Shown piece after piece: positions 31,035 through 42,974 of a stretch of DNA of 64,000 nt (position 1 is its first letter; each line of letters starts with the position of its first letter). Below the pieces are notes generated by a model that saw nothing but the letters and a program-made list of their open reading frames with translations, was not told the DNA's origin and did no database searches. The position numbers were made by a program, and so were the translations under genes. Origin of the DNA: an uncultured delta proteobacterium. GTDB lineage: Bacteria; Desulfobacterota; Binatia; Binatales; Binataceae. The stretch covers positions 1,001,261 to 1,065,260 of the forward strand of contig CAVRUK010000005.1 in assembly GCA_963724395.1 (NCBI GenBank), read 5' to 3'.

Positions 31035-32764
31035 CTAGTGATGCGGGCCGCCTCCTCCATGCGGTGCTTCCGGATGTCCCCCGCCGCCCCCACCGCCATG
31101 CGGTGCTGCAGCAGGATGTCCGCCTCCACCGCCCGCGCCACCACCGCCGCCGCCGCGATGCTCGAATGCCTGCTCCTGCTGAGCATGCTGGCGCTCAAAG
31201 GATTGCATTTGCTGCGCATGCTGACGCTGCATGTTCTGCTGCTGCGCGAAATGCTGGCGTTGAGCCTCCTGTTGCTCGGCCGCATGCTGACGCGCGAGCG
31301 CCTGCGTTTCATTCTGCTGGCGGCGCAGGAGTTCCGCTGACTGCTGCTCGTGACGATCCTCGACTTGCCGCCAATTTGCCCCATTGTCCTCTGGAGCGGC
31401 CTTCCTGGGCTGCTCCGCTTCCCGCACATGCTCCTGCAGATGCTGCCGCTCGAAATTCTCGGTCTCCGCTTCATGCTTTTGCTGAAGCTGCCGTAATTGC
31501 TCCGCGCGATTGCGCTCGGACTCCTGCTGCTGCTGCGCGCGATTGCGCTCGAGCTCCTGCATCTCGACGTTATGCTGGCGCTGGAGCGCCTCTTCTTGCA
31601 CGCCATGTTCGCGCGCTACCGACTCGCGCATCGCGCCAGTCCAATCGGGATGATGCTCCATCGCCCAGGTGGGATTCTTTTGCGCCCACCAGTGGACGTC
31701 GTGCCAGACATGCTTGTCGTCGTAGTCGCCCTTCCATTCGGGATGATGCTGATCGGCCCACGCCGCATCATGATTGTGCCACCAGGTGTCGTTGTGCCAG
31801 ACGTGTTTGTCGTCGAAGTCACCCCACCAGTTGGGATGATTCTCGCGCACCCAGTCAGGCTTGGTCGCCCACCAATAACTTGCCGGACGCCATATTCTGC
31901 GATCGTCGAACGCGCCCCACCAATCGGGATGATTCTCGCGCACCCAGTCAGGCCGGTTCTGCCACCACCATCCCGCGGGCCGCCAAACGTGCCCGTCGTC
32001 GAAGTCGCCCCACCAGTCGGGATGATTCTGGCGGCACCAGTCGGGGTGAAACTGCCACCACCATCCCGCCGGGCGCCAGTAGTGGTGATCGTCGAAGTCT
32101 CCCCACCAATCCGGGTGATGCTCGCGAACCCAATCGGGATGATACTGGTACCACCACGGCGCCGCGTACCAGACGCCTTCGTAGTAGTCGCCCCACCAAT
32201 CCGGATGATGCGCGATTACCCACTCGGGCTGGAGCTGCCACCACCACGGCGCGGGATACCACAAATCGTCCCAATCGTCGCCCCACCATTCCGGGTGATT
32301 CTGCAATACCCAGTCGCGGTGGCGATGCCACCACCATCCCGCCGGATACCAGACGCCATTGTCAGGCGCGCCCCACCATTCCGGATGGTACTGCTGAACC
32401 CATTGCGGCTGATATTGATACCACCAACTCGCGGGATACCACGCTCCCTGGTAGTAATCGCCCCACCATTCGGGATGATGTAGTCGCACCCACGCGGGCT
32501 GCGAATCCCACCACCACCACGCGGGATGCCAGATGTGATCCTCGTCGAAATCGCCCCACCATTCAGGGTGATGCACCTTGACCCAGTCGGGCTGATGCTC
32601 CCACCACCAGGCGGCTTCGCGAAAGGTATGCCCGTTGTCGTAATCCCCCCAAGCAGGAACAGGCGGCAAGGGCGAAGGCCAAGGCCGGTACTGCGCGAAC
32701 GCGGGCGTAGCCAGCAGAAGGAGAACCGTACTCGCCGCCAGCAAACCCTTGATTCTGGTCATCG
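31035..32764 (-). CDS. Secreted tryptophan-rich tandem-repeat protein: signal peptide, ~11.5 x 30-aa 'HHP(D/E)WWGDFDDxHxWRPAGWWWQxxPDWVRE' repeats, Q/E-rich coiled-coil region, Gly/His-rich C-terminal tail
   Basis: Translation of the minus-strand ORF; start chosen at 'MTRIKGLLAASTVLLLLATPAFAQ'; repeat periodicity of 90 bp is visible at the DNA level from ~31560 to 32650. Confidence 0.7.
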
Positions 32765-33182
32765 ACGCACCCCAGTTAATCGCAAGTAAATCGCATCGCA
32801 AGCCAATAAACTTCGCCAAATCACACTTAATATATGATACGTATCGCCGCAAATAGTCGTTTACAGACAAAACCGCTGCCGCTCATTTAGTCATCACGAC
32901 GAAGCAAGCACCGCGAGCGCGGCAATCTCTCAGTTTCAATTGCGGGCTCTTCCCCTCTCCCTGCAAGGGAGAGGATGAAGGTGAGGGTCCGATTACAGCG
33001 CGCTATTCTGCGCGCGATTCAAGATTCTGCCTCTTCTCCGAACCCGTATCCGGAGGTTATGCAAAGTTCCCCCTCCGCTCGACAAGGGGATCTTTCACTT
33101 GACACCAGAGAGCGATTTGCCAATCTCGCTCCATTCGTCCGATGGCCCGGGCTACTGAGCGCATCTTTCGGACGTTGACGAG

Positions 33183-34124
33183 TTGGGGAGGGACTGGGTG
33201 ACAATCTGCATAGTAGCTCGTTCAACCGAGAAGGGCGGTTCGTTTGTCGTGGCTGGCGACCGGCTCTTTTCTTATGGCGGAGTATATCTCTACGACAGTA
33301 TTTCACTTAAGAGACTTCCCATCTCGTATGACCGTCGCTGGCACTGCATGTTTGCTGGCGATGTTGCGCGCGTCATGCCACTAGTGAGATTGGTCAGAAA
33401 AGATCTAGGCGTGCGCCGACCGCCCTATCGTTACGAACAGATCGAGCGCGCTTGGATAAGGGCGTTCCAAGATTATCGCGAACAACTAGTGAACGACCGA
33501 ATTCTCAGTGTCTATAAGACCGACTTAGCTAGTTACCAGCAAAAGGCCTTGAAGTTTGGGCCGAAGGAATGCGCGAGGATTAACCGACGTATTGAGAGAT
33601 CGCGAATTGGAGTGCAATTTATCGTCTATGGTTATGACGACCTGAATGATTCGCATTTGATGACCCTATGTGAAACGTCCACACAGCCGGTGGTTGTCGA
33701 ATCGATTGATCTTGACCAGGAAGGTTGGGCCGTTATCGGCTGCGGTTCCAAATTTGCACGCGCATCTCTGTTATCAAGTGGACTATTGCCCGTTCATTCT
33801 CAGGTCGAAATGTTGTGCCGTGTATGTGAAGCGAAAATCGAAGCCGAAAAAGACCATCAAGTAGGGAAAGACTCTGCTGCTGGCGTTAGCAATAGGCCAA
33901 CAAGCAAAGTCGCGCCGACAACTGAAGCATTCATTCCAATACCCGCCGTGCAAGCTATCCGTTATGCTCACGCTCAGCGCAAGGACAGACCTTATCCGAA
34001 TGAGTTGTTGACGGCTCTGTCAGACTGCATTGATAGCAACATTACCACTGAGAGAATGCACGAAGCGATCTGGCGAGCAGAGCAGATGATTATCGCTGAA
34101 AATCAAAAGCGCCGTGGACGCTAA
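33183..34124 (+). CDS. Hypothetical protein in a low-GC islet; the N-terminus resembles HslV / proteasome beta-type Ntn-hydrolases
   Basis: 'TICIVARSTEKGGSFVVAGDRL...LKRL...CMFAGDVARV' compared with HslV 'TTIVSVRRNGHVVIAGDGQ...IAGFAGGTADAF'; local GC is much lower than the background. Confidence 0.4.
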   Translation: MGRDWVTICIVARSTEKGGSFVVAGDRLFSYGGVYLYDSISLKRLPISYDRRWHCMFAGDVARVMPLVRLVRKDLGVRRPPYRYEQIERAWIRAFQDYREQLVNDRILSVYKTDLASYQQKALKFGPKECARINRRIERSRIGVQFIVYGYDDLNDSHLMTLCETSTQPVVVESIDLDQEGWAVIGCGSKFARASLLSSGLLPVHSQVEMLCRVCEAKIEAEKDHQVGKDSAAGVSNRPTSKVAPTTEAFIPIPAVQAIRYAHAQRKDRPYPNELLTALSDCIDSNITTERMHEAIWRAEQMIIAENQKRRGR

Positions 34125-34167
34125 GCAGCTTTCGTCCTGATCGACCACGAACTCCTCGCCCGCCAAG

Positions 34168-34373
34168 AGGGATGAACTTTTCGGCCTTACCCTCGCGCGC
34201 TTCCCGTGTTACCCATACAACATGGACAAACCTCATCACGGTCCGCCCCCCTCGACCCTCCCGCCGACCTGCTCGACCATCGGGCGACCGGGTTGCGCGC
34301 AGAATCATTTTTTGACGGAACGAAGCTACCGATAGTGGTAGACCCCTCCCAAACCCACAACTAATGGTATGAA
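34168..34373 (+). repeat. Interspersed ~200-bp repeat family, copy B (most diverged)
   Basis: 'gagggatgaacttttcggcc...tttgacggaacgaagctaccgatagtggt...aatggtatg'. Confidence 0.55.
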
Positions 34374-34430
34374 TTTGCTTTTTCGGCTCATTTCAATCGT
34401 CCAGAATTGCGCCATTCCTTCCTCATTTGA

Positions 34431-36828
<2,398 letters not shown>

Positions 36829-36902
36829 GGTGCGACACGGCTGTCTCCGCTTCAGTCGCCCCTGAATGCACTTTGAGGCTTAGCTTGTCAGCACGACAAG
36901 GC

Positions 36903-37760
36903 ATGGACGTTGCGTATCACCGGCAGTCGAGGAGGACCGCACTTCCCATGGACCCGATCATCCAACAGTCTTTAGCCGGCAGGAGGTTCGCCTTGCTCGG
37001 ATTCGAAACGGCGGAGGCCGATTCGATCATCGCGGCGCTGGGGACCGTCCGTGGAATTGGCCATGTGGTCGGAGCGACACTGAATATTCCCCGGCTCAAC
37101 GGCATTTCTCACTTCGACGCTTGCTTCGTCAACACTTCGGCGGCGAGCGTTGGCGAGCAGCCGGCGCCTATCGAAATGATCGCGCGCAGCCGCAAGCCGG
37201 CGGTGATCGTCGGCACGTTCGATGAGTTGGTGATGCGAGTCGGCGCATTCGCCGGCCTCAGCCGCGATTTCATCATGCGCCCGTGCCAGCCCGATGAACT
37301 CTTGCTCAGGGCGCACCGCATCCTCAGGTTCGTCGAGAGCGCGTCGGCGGCGATTGAGATTCAGCGCCCGCTCCGAAACGGCGCCCGGCATGTTGTGCTG
37401 GCCGATGACGACGCCACGACCGTCGTTATGATCTCGACGATCCTGAAGCACTTCAATTTTCAGTGCGATGTCGCGCACGACGGTGCGCAGGCGATTGAGA
37501 TTGCCCGCGAGAAGAAGCCCGACCTGGTGCTGCTGGACGTGTCGATGCCGCATATGAATGGGTTCGAAGCGCTGACTGCTCTGCGCGGCGACTCTGCCAC
37601 CAGGGACACGCGGGTGATCCTGGTCAGCGCGCATCATGATGAAGCCGAGGTGGTCAAGGGTTTCTCGCTCGGCGCCGACGACTACATCACCAAGCCGTTC
37701 AACTCGGGCGAGTTGATGGCTCGGATCAACCGGGTTTTGCGCGAACGTGAAGACAACTAA
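36903..37760 (+). CDS. Response regulator with a C-terminal CheY-like receiver domain and an uncharacterised N-terminal domain
   Basis: 'VVLADDDATTVVMI...PDLVLLDVSMPHMNGFEALTALR...RVILVSAH...GADDYITKPF'. Confidence 0.7.
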   Translation: MDVAYHRQSRRTALPMDPIIQQSLAGRRFALLGFETAEADSIIAALGTVRGIGHVVGATLNIPRLNGISHFDACFVNTSAASVGEQPAPIEMIARSRKPAVIVGTFDELVMRVGAFAGLSRDFIMRPCQPDELLLRAHRILRFVESASAAIEIQRPLRNGARHVVLADDDATTVVMISTILKHFNFQCDVAHDGAQAIEIAREKKPDLVLLDVSMPHMNGFEALTALRGDSATRDTRVILVSAHHDEAEVVKGFSLGADDYITKPFNSGELMARINRVLREREDN

Positions 37761-37769
37761 CCGGACTGG

Positions 37770-38582
37770 TTGTCATGTAACGCTCGCCTGTTTTACTGTT
37801 CCCGGGTGTTTCGACTCGACGGCAAGACCGCGATCGCCACCGGCGCCGGTTCGGGGATAGGCCTGGCGATCGCCTCGACGTTCGCACAAAACGGCGCGCG
37901 CGTCTTTGTGCTCGATCGCGATCTCACAGCGGCCGGCGCCGCCGTCGAGAGTATTCGCGCGGCCGGCGGCGCGGCATCTGCCGTCGAATGCGACGTCGCG
38001 ATCGCTGATTCGGTCGAAGCCGCCTTCGCACGCATCGATTCGGACCGCAATGCGCCGCGCATCGACATCCTGGTGAACAACGCCGGAATCGCGCACATCG
38101 GCACGGTCGAGAGCACCTCAGAAGCCGACCTCGACCGGATCTATTCGGTCAACGTGAAGGGTATCTTTCTCTGTTCGCGGGCCGCTGTGCGCCGGATGCT
38201 CGCGAGCGGCGGCGGCGTGATTCTCAATCTCGCGTCGATTGCGTCGCTGATCGGGCTCACCGACCGCTTCGCCTACTCGATGAGCAAGGGCGCGGTGCTG
38301 ACGATGACGCGATCGATCGCGGTCGACTACGTGAAGCGCGGCATCCGATGCAACTGCATCTGTCCCGCCCGCGTTCACACGCCATTCGTCGACGGCTATC
38401 TGCGCACCACTTACCCCGGCCGTGAAGCCGAGATGTTCAAACAACTGTCCGAGTATCAGCCGCTGGGCAGAATGGGCACGCCCGCGGAAGTCGCCGCGCT
38501 CGCGCTCTACCTATGTTCGGACGAGGCCTCGTTCATCACGGGACAGGCATATCCGATCGACGGCGGCGTGCTCGTATTCTGA
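37770..38582 (+). CDS. SDR-family oxidoreductase
   Basis: 'GKTAIATGAGSGIGLAIA' plus the YxxxK region; stop overlaps the next gene's start as TGATG. Confidence 0.8.
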   Translation: MSCNARLFYCSRVFRLDGKTAIATGAGSGIGLAIASTFAQNGARVFVLDRDLTAAGAAVESIRAAGGAASAVECDVAIADSVEAAFARIDSDRNAPRIDILVNNAGIAHIGTVESTSEADLDRIYSVNVKGIFLCSRAAVRRMLASGGGVILNLASIASLIGLTDRFAYSMSKGAVLTMTRSIAVDYVKRGIRCNCICPARVHTPFVDGYLRTTYPGREAEMFKQLSEYQPLGRMGTPAEVAALALYLCSDEASFITGQAYPIDGGVLVF

Positions 38583-38914
38583 TGAAACAGTACGGCCGCA
38601 CCATCAACCTCAAGAACGACCCGAAGATCATCGAGCGCTACCTCGAGCATCATCGCGCGATTTGGCCCGAGGTCGAGCGCGGGCTCAAGTCCATCGGCAT
38701 CGAGCGGATGCTCATCTTCATGCTTGGCCGGCAACTGTTCATGTTCATGGAGACGACGGACGCATTCGATCCCGAGCGCGACTTCGCGCGCTACGAGGCA
38801 AGCAATCCGCGCAATCGCGAATGGCAGGAACTGATGACCTCGATGCAGGAGCCGGTCCCGGGCGCGCAACCTGGCGAATGGTGGGCCGAAATGAAGCTGG
38901 TCTTCACGCTCTAA
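38582..38914 (+). CDS. L-rhamnose mutarotase (RhaM/YiiL) family protein
   Basis: 'MKQYGRTINLKNDPKIIERYLEHHRAIWPEVERGL' is typical of the RhaM family; ~110 aa. Confidence 0.65.
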   Translation: MKQYGRTINLKNDPKIIERYLEHHRAIWPEVERGLKSIGIERMLIFMLGRQLFMFMETTDAFDPERDFARYEASNPRNREWQELMTSMQEPVPGAQPGEWWAEMKLVFTL

Positions 38915-38933
38915 GTGGCGCGACCTGCTTGGT

Positions 38934-39767
38934 CTAATTCGAGGTCGTCGGCTTGACGAACTTGAGCGTCATTCGGTCGCTCTCTCCGATTGCCAGATAC
39001 TTGGCGCGATCCTTATCACCTTGGCGCAAGGTTGGCGGCAGATTCCACACCGGATGATCGCGCTGGTCCTTGGGATTCGCATTGATCTCCGACGTGCCCG
39101 CCAGCTTGAAGCCGGCCCGCTCCGCCAGTTGGACCATATAGTCCTGGCGCACGTATCCATTCTTGGCTTTCGGATCCTGCGGCTGCGACGGATCGGCGCG
39201 ATGGTCGGTTACGCCCAGGATTCCGCCGGGTTTGAGCGCGCGGTAAAAAGCCTTGAAGTAGTCTTCCGAGGTGCCGCGCGGAATCCAGTCGTGCACGTTG
39301 CGAAACGTCAAGACCATATCCGCCGAGCCCGCGGGCGCGATTTCGGTTTCGGCCGGCGGCTGGAGCGTAGTTACGATCACCTGGCCATAAACAGCGGGAT
39401 CGGCCTTGAGCTTCTCCTCGAAGGTCTTGGCGCCCGTCCCTCCCCCCACCGCTTCGTAGAGCTTGCCGTGGTCTTTGAGAAACGGCGCCAGGATCTCGGT
39501 GTACCAACCCGTCCCCGGCGAGATTTCGACCACGGTCATCTCGGGCTTAATCCCGAAGAAGGTGAGCGTCTTGAGCGGATGGCGATATTTGTCGCGAGCC
39601 TTGTTTGCCTCGGAACGCTGCGGTCCCGCGATCGCGGCCCGGAGCGAGGCGGTCGTGCTGGTGTCATCCGCGGCAGCCTCGAATCGCGTCGATGAGATCG
39701 CAACGATCGACACAGTAAGCAGGACTGACAAGGGTAATCTGATTCTGTGCTTCATTTCCTTCTCCAT
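38934..39767 (-). CDS. Secreted class I SAM-dependent methyltransferase
   Basis: Signal peptide; 'VVEISPGTGWYTEILAPF' SAM-binding motif. Confidence 0.55.
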   Translation of the reverse strand: MEKEMKHRIRLPLSVLLTVSIVAISSTRFEAAADDTSTTASLRAAIAGPQRSEANKARDKYRHPLKTLTFFGIKPEMTVVEISPGTGWYTEILAPFLKDHGKLYEAVGGGTGAKTFEEKLKADPAVYGQVIVTTLQPPAETEIAPAGSADMVLTFRNVHDWIPRGTSEDYFKAFYRALKPGGILGVTDHRADPSQPQDPKAKNGYVRQDYMVQLAERAGFKLAGTSEINANPKDQRDHPVWNLPPTLRQGDKDRAKYLAIGESDRMTLKFVKPTTSN

Positions 39768-41056
39768 TCCGAGCCGCCGGGGAATTCAAACGCCGCGAGC
39801 GACGCCGGGAGCATCTCGATGCTGAAGCCTGGCGCGGTCGGCGCCATGTACCTGTCGCCGCGCACCACCACCGGATTCTTGAAGTGCTCGTGCAGGTGGT
39901 CGGCGAATTCGATCATCCGGTTGTCGAGGCTGCCGCTCACGCAGATGTAATCGATCAACGAAACATGCTGGCCGTATTCGCACAGTCCCAGTCCACCCGC
40001 ATGCGGACAGACCGGCACGCCGAACTTCGCGGCGAGCAGGAGGACGGCGAGCGCTTCGCTGAGTCCGCCAAGGCGGCAATTGTCGAACTGGCAGAAGTCG
40101 ATCGCGCCCGCCTGCATCAACTGCTTGAACATCACGCGATTGGCGGCGTGCTCTCCGGTCGCGACGCCGACCGGTTTGATCGCGCGGCGAATCGTCGCGT
40201 GGCCCAGGATGTCGTCGGGGCTGGTGGGCTCTTCGATCCACAGCGGATTGAAGCGCGCGAGCGGGCGCATGAACTCGATCGCCTCGCCGACGTCCCACGC
40301 CTGGTTCGCGTCCATCATCATGACGGCGCGCGGTCCGATTTCTTCACGCACGAGCGCGGCGCGATGAACGTTGGCGGCCGAGTCGCGGCCCACCTTTATC
40401 TTGAACCGGCTCCATCCCGCGGCCAGCGCCTCGCGGCATAGCCGGCGCACTTTGTCGTCGGGATAGCCCATCCATCCGGCCGAAGTGATGTAGGCGGGGT
40501 AGCCCTCCTTTCGCATCTGCGCTTCGCGCTCGCCGCGCGTTGCAAATTTGCCGCGCAGGATTTCGAGCGCATCGTCGCGACTGAGCGCGTCGGTGAGGTA
40601 GCGGAAGTCGATGCACGAGACGAACTGCTCGGGCGTCATGTCGGCGACGAGTTTCCACACCGGCTTGCGCTCGATTTTGGCGTAAAGATCCCAGACCGCA
40701 TTTACGATTGCCGCGGTCGCGAGATGAATCGCGCCTTTCTCGGGACCGATCCACCTGAGCTGGCTTTCAAAAGTGAGGCGATCCCAGAAGCCGCCGAGGT
40801 CAGCGACTAAGTCTTCGTATTTCGAGCCGACCACCAGATGCTGCAGCGCGCGGACGGCGGCCACTACGACTTCGTTGCCGCGCCCGATCGTGAACGTCAT
40901 GCCGTGGCCTTCGATGCCGTCGCGCGCGTCGGTGGTCAGCACTACATAGGTGGCGGAATAGTCGGGATCCGTGTGCACGGCGTCGGAGCCGGCGAGCGTT
41001 CTGGAGGTCGGGGTTCGGATGTCGCGGACCGACAGTCCGGAAATTGTGCGCGCCAT
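39752..41056 (-). CDS. Enolase-superfamily sugar-acid dehydratase (L-fuconate / L-rhamnonate dehydratase-like)
   Basis: ~435 aa, mandelate racemase/muconate-lactonizing enzyme fold; 'MMMDANQAWDVGEAIEFMRPLARFNPLWIEEP' metal-binding region. Confidence 0.7.
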   Translation of the reverse strand: MARTISGLSVRDIRTPTSRTLAGSDAVHTDPDYSATYVVLTTDARDGIEGHGMTFTIGRGNEVVVAAVRALQHLVVGSKYEDLVADLGGFWDRLTFESQLRWIGPEKGAIHLATAAIVNAVWDLYAKIERKPVWKLVADMTPEQFVSCIDFRYLTDALSRDDALEILRGKFATRGEREAQMRKEGYPAYITSAGWMGYPDDKVRRLCREALAAGWSRFKIKVGRDSAANVHRAALVREEIGPRAVMMMDANQAWDVGEAIEFMRPLARFNPLWIEEPTSPDDILGHATIRRAIKPVGVATGEHAANRVMFKQLMQAGAIDFCQFDNCRLGGLSEALAVLLLAAKFGVPVCPHAGGLGLCEYGQHVSLIDYICVSGSLDNRMIEFADHLHEHFKNPVVVRGDRYMAPTAPGFSIEMLPASLAAFEFPGGSEWRRK

Positions 41057-41099
41057 GATCGCTTCCTCTGCGCGGCATGGTAGCATCGCGCGACCGGCG

Positions 41100-42185
41100 A
41101 TGACGACTCAAACGCCACTCGCGATCCGCGATCTGCGGCAGTCATGGCCGCGTCCGTCGGCACCGAAGCCGATCGTCGTGATCGGTGCGGGAAGTATCGT
41201 TCGCGACGCCCATCTGCCGGTTTACAAACGTCTCGGCTTTCCGGTCGCGGGGATTTTCGACGTGAACCCAAAGGCGAGCCGGGAACGGGCGGCGGCGTTT
41301 GCGATTCCGCGCGTGTTTGACTCGCAGGATGAAGCCGCGTCGATGCGCGACGTAGTCTTCGACGTAGCGATCCCGCCTGAAAATATCGCGGGCGTGCTCG
41401 AACGGCTGCCGGTCGGCGCCGCGGTGCTGATTCAGAAGCCGATGGGCCGCGACCTTGCCGACGCGCGCCGCATCGTTGCGATTTGCCGCGAGCGCCGCCT
41501 GTCGGCCGCGGTGAATTTTCAGCTTCGCTTCGCGCCCGACATGCTGGCAATCAAGGACGCGCTCGAGCGCGGCGTCTTCGGCGACGTGCTCGACGTCGAG
41601 GTGCGGATCAATTTGCACACGCCGTGGAACTACTGGGCGTTCCTCAAGGGCGTGCCGCGCCTCGAGGTGCTGATGCATTCGATTCACTATCTCGATTTGA
41701 TTCGGTCGCTGCTTGGCGAACCGCGCGGCGTGTATTGCAAGGGCGTGCGGCATCCGGCGATGCCGGACTATTCCGACACGCGCACCAGTATCGTGCTCGA
41801 TTACGGCGACACGATTCGATGCAGCCTGACGATGAATCACGCGCATACGTTTGGCGAACGGCACGAGATGTCCCAGCTCAAGCTCGAAGGGACGCGCGGC
41901 GCCGCGATCGCGAAGATGGGCGTGAATCTCGACTATCCCGCGGGCGAGCCCGACACGCTCGAAATCGCGAGTGAAGATTCGAAGGGCTGGAGCGCGATCG
42001 CTTTGCGCGGTTCGTGGTTCCTCGAGGCGTTCGAGGGTCCGATGTCGAACCTGCAGCGATTCGCCGCCGGCGAAGATTCAAAACTGGTGTCGGGCGTCGA
42101 AGACGCGATCGGCACGATGGCGGTGGTCGAGGCGTGTTACGAATCGAGCGCGCACGGCGCCACCCCGATTCCCACAACGAGATAG
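41100..42185 (+). CDS. Gfo/Idh/MocA family oxidoreductase
   Basis: 'KPIVVIGAGSIVRDAHLPVYKRLGFPVAGIFD' Rossmann N-terminus; start taken at the internal Met 'MTTQTPLAIRDL'. Confidence 0.7.
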   Translation: MTTQTPLAIRDLRQSWPRPSAPKPIVVIGAGSIVRDAHLPVYKRLGFPVAGIFDVNPKASRERAAAFAIPRVFDSQDEAASMRDVVFDVAIPPENIAGVLERLPVGAAVLIQKPMGRDLADARRIVAICRERRLSAAVNFQLRFAPDMLAIKDALERGVFGDVLDVEVRINLHTPWNYWAFLKGVPRLEVLMHSIHYLDLIRSLLGEPRGVYCKGVRHPAMPDYSDTRTSIVLDYGDTIRCSLTMNHAHTFGERHEMSQLKLEGTRGAAIAKMGVNLDYPAGEPDTLEIASEDSKGWSAIALRGSWFLEAFEGPMSNLQRFAAGEDSKLVSGVEDAIGTMAVVEACYESSAHGATPIPTTR

Positions 42186-42219
42186 AATCGCGATCATTGT
42201 CGGCGGAGGGTCTTCACCG

Positions 42220-42900
42220 ATGAGCAAAGAACATGTTGTTTTTTTGTTTGACGTCGATAACACGCTGATCGACAACGATCGCATCGTCGCCGACATGAGG
42301 AGCAATCTCGAGCGCGACATCGGCAGCGATTCGCAGCAGCGCTACTGGGAATATTTCGAGGAGCTGCGCACCGAGCTCGGCTACGCGGACTATCTCGGCG
42401 CGCTGCAGCGCTACCGGGTCAATCATCCGCGCGACTTCGGAATAATCGCGGTCTCGTACTTCCTGATGAACTACCATTTCGCAAACCGGCTGTTCCCCTG
42501 CGCGCTCGACGTGATCGAGCAATACAAGCAATACGGCGAGACGGCGATCCTGTCCGATGGCGACATGATTTTTCAGCCGCTCAAGATCGAGCGGTCGGGA
42601 CTGCGCGAAGCCGTCGATGAAAAGGTAATGATTTACATCCACAAGGAACAGGAACTCGACGACGTGAAGACGCGCTATCCGGCGGACCATTACGTGCTGA
42701 TCGATGACAAGGTGCGGATTCTCGACGCGGTGAAGAAGATCTGGGGCGCGCGCGTGACGACGGTGTTCCCGCGCCAGGGGCATTACGCGGCCGACGCAAG
42801 GGAGGTCGCCAAGTACATGACGCCCGACGTCACAGTGGACAGAATCGATCAGCTGCGCGACTACGATCTTGCGCGCCTGCGTGCGGCGACGAAGAGATAG
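42220..42900 (+). CDS. HAD-superfamily hydrolase
   Basis: 'VVFLFDVDNTLIDND' DxDxT motif I; start at 'MSKEHVVF'. Confidence 0.6.
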   Translation: MSKEHVVFLFDVDNTLIDNDRIVADMRSNLERDIGSDSQQRYWEYFEELRTELGYADYLGALQRYRVNHPRDFGIIAVSYFLMNYHFANRLFPCALDVIEQYKQYGETAILSDGDMIFQPLKIERSGLREAVDEKVMIYIHKEQELDDVKTRYPADHYVLIDDKVRILDAVKKIWGARVTTVFPRQGHYAADAREVAKYMTPDVTVDRIDQLRDYDLARLRAATKR

Positions 42901-42974
42901 GTGGTCGAGCGCCGCTACGCTATCACGCGAGATCGAAGAACAGGACCTCGGCGGGAGATGTTCGCGACGATCGC

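Noticed and set aside
31497-32483. 328-aa + strand ORF (and other + ORFs) inside the Trp-repeat gene
   Set aside because: These are mirror-image repeats generated by the antisense of a 90-bp periodic coding repeat. The minus strand has a signal peptide and a coherent repeat architecture.
31400-32700. Possible CRISPR-like periodicity in the 31.5-32.7 kb region
   Set aside because: Periodicity is 90 bp with degenerate repeats and no unique spacers. It lies entirely within a coding repeat protein.
34090-34308. 72-aa minus ORF containing 'GKAEKFIP', also seen in the ORF at 57802
   Set aside because: The shared peptide arises from translating the interspersed repeat ('ggctgaaaagttcatccc'), not from a conserved protein.
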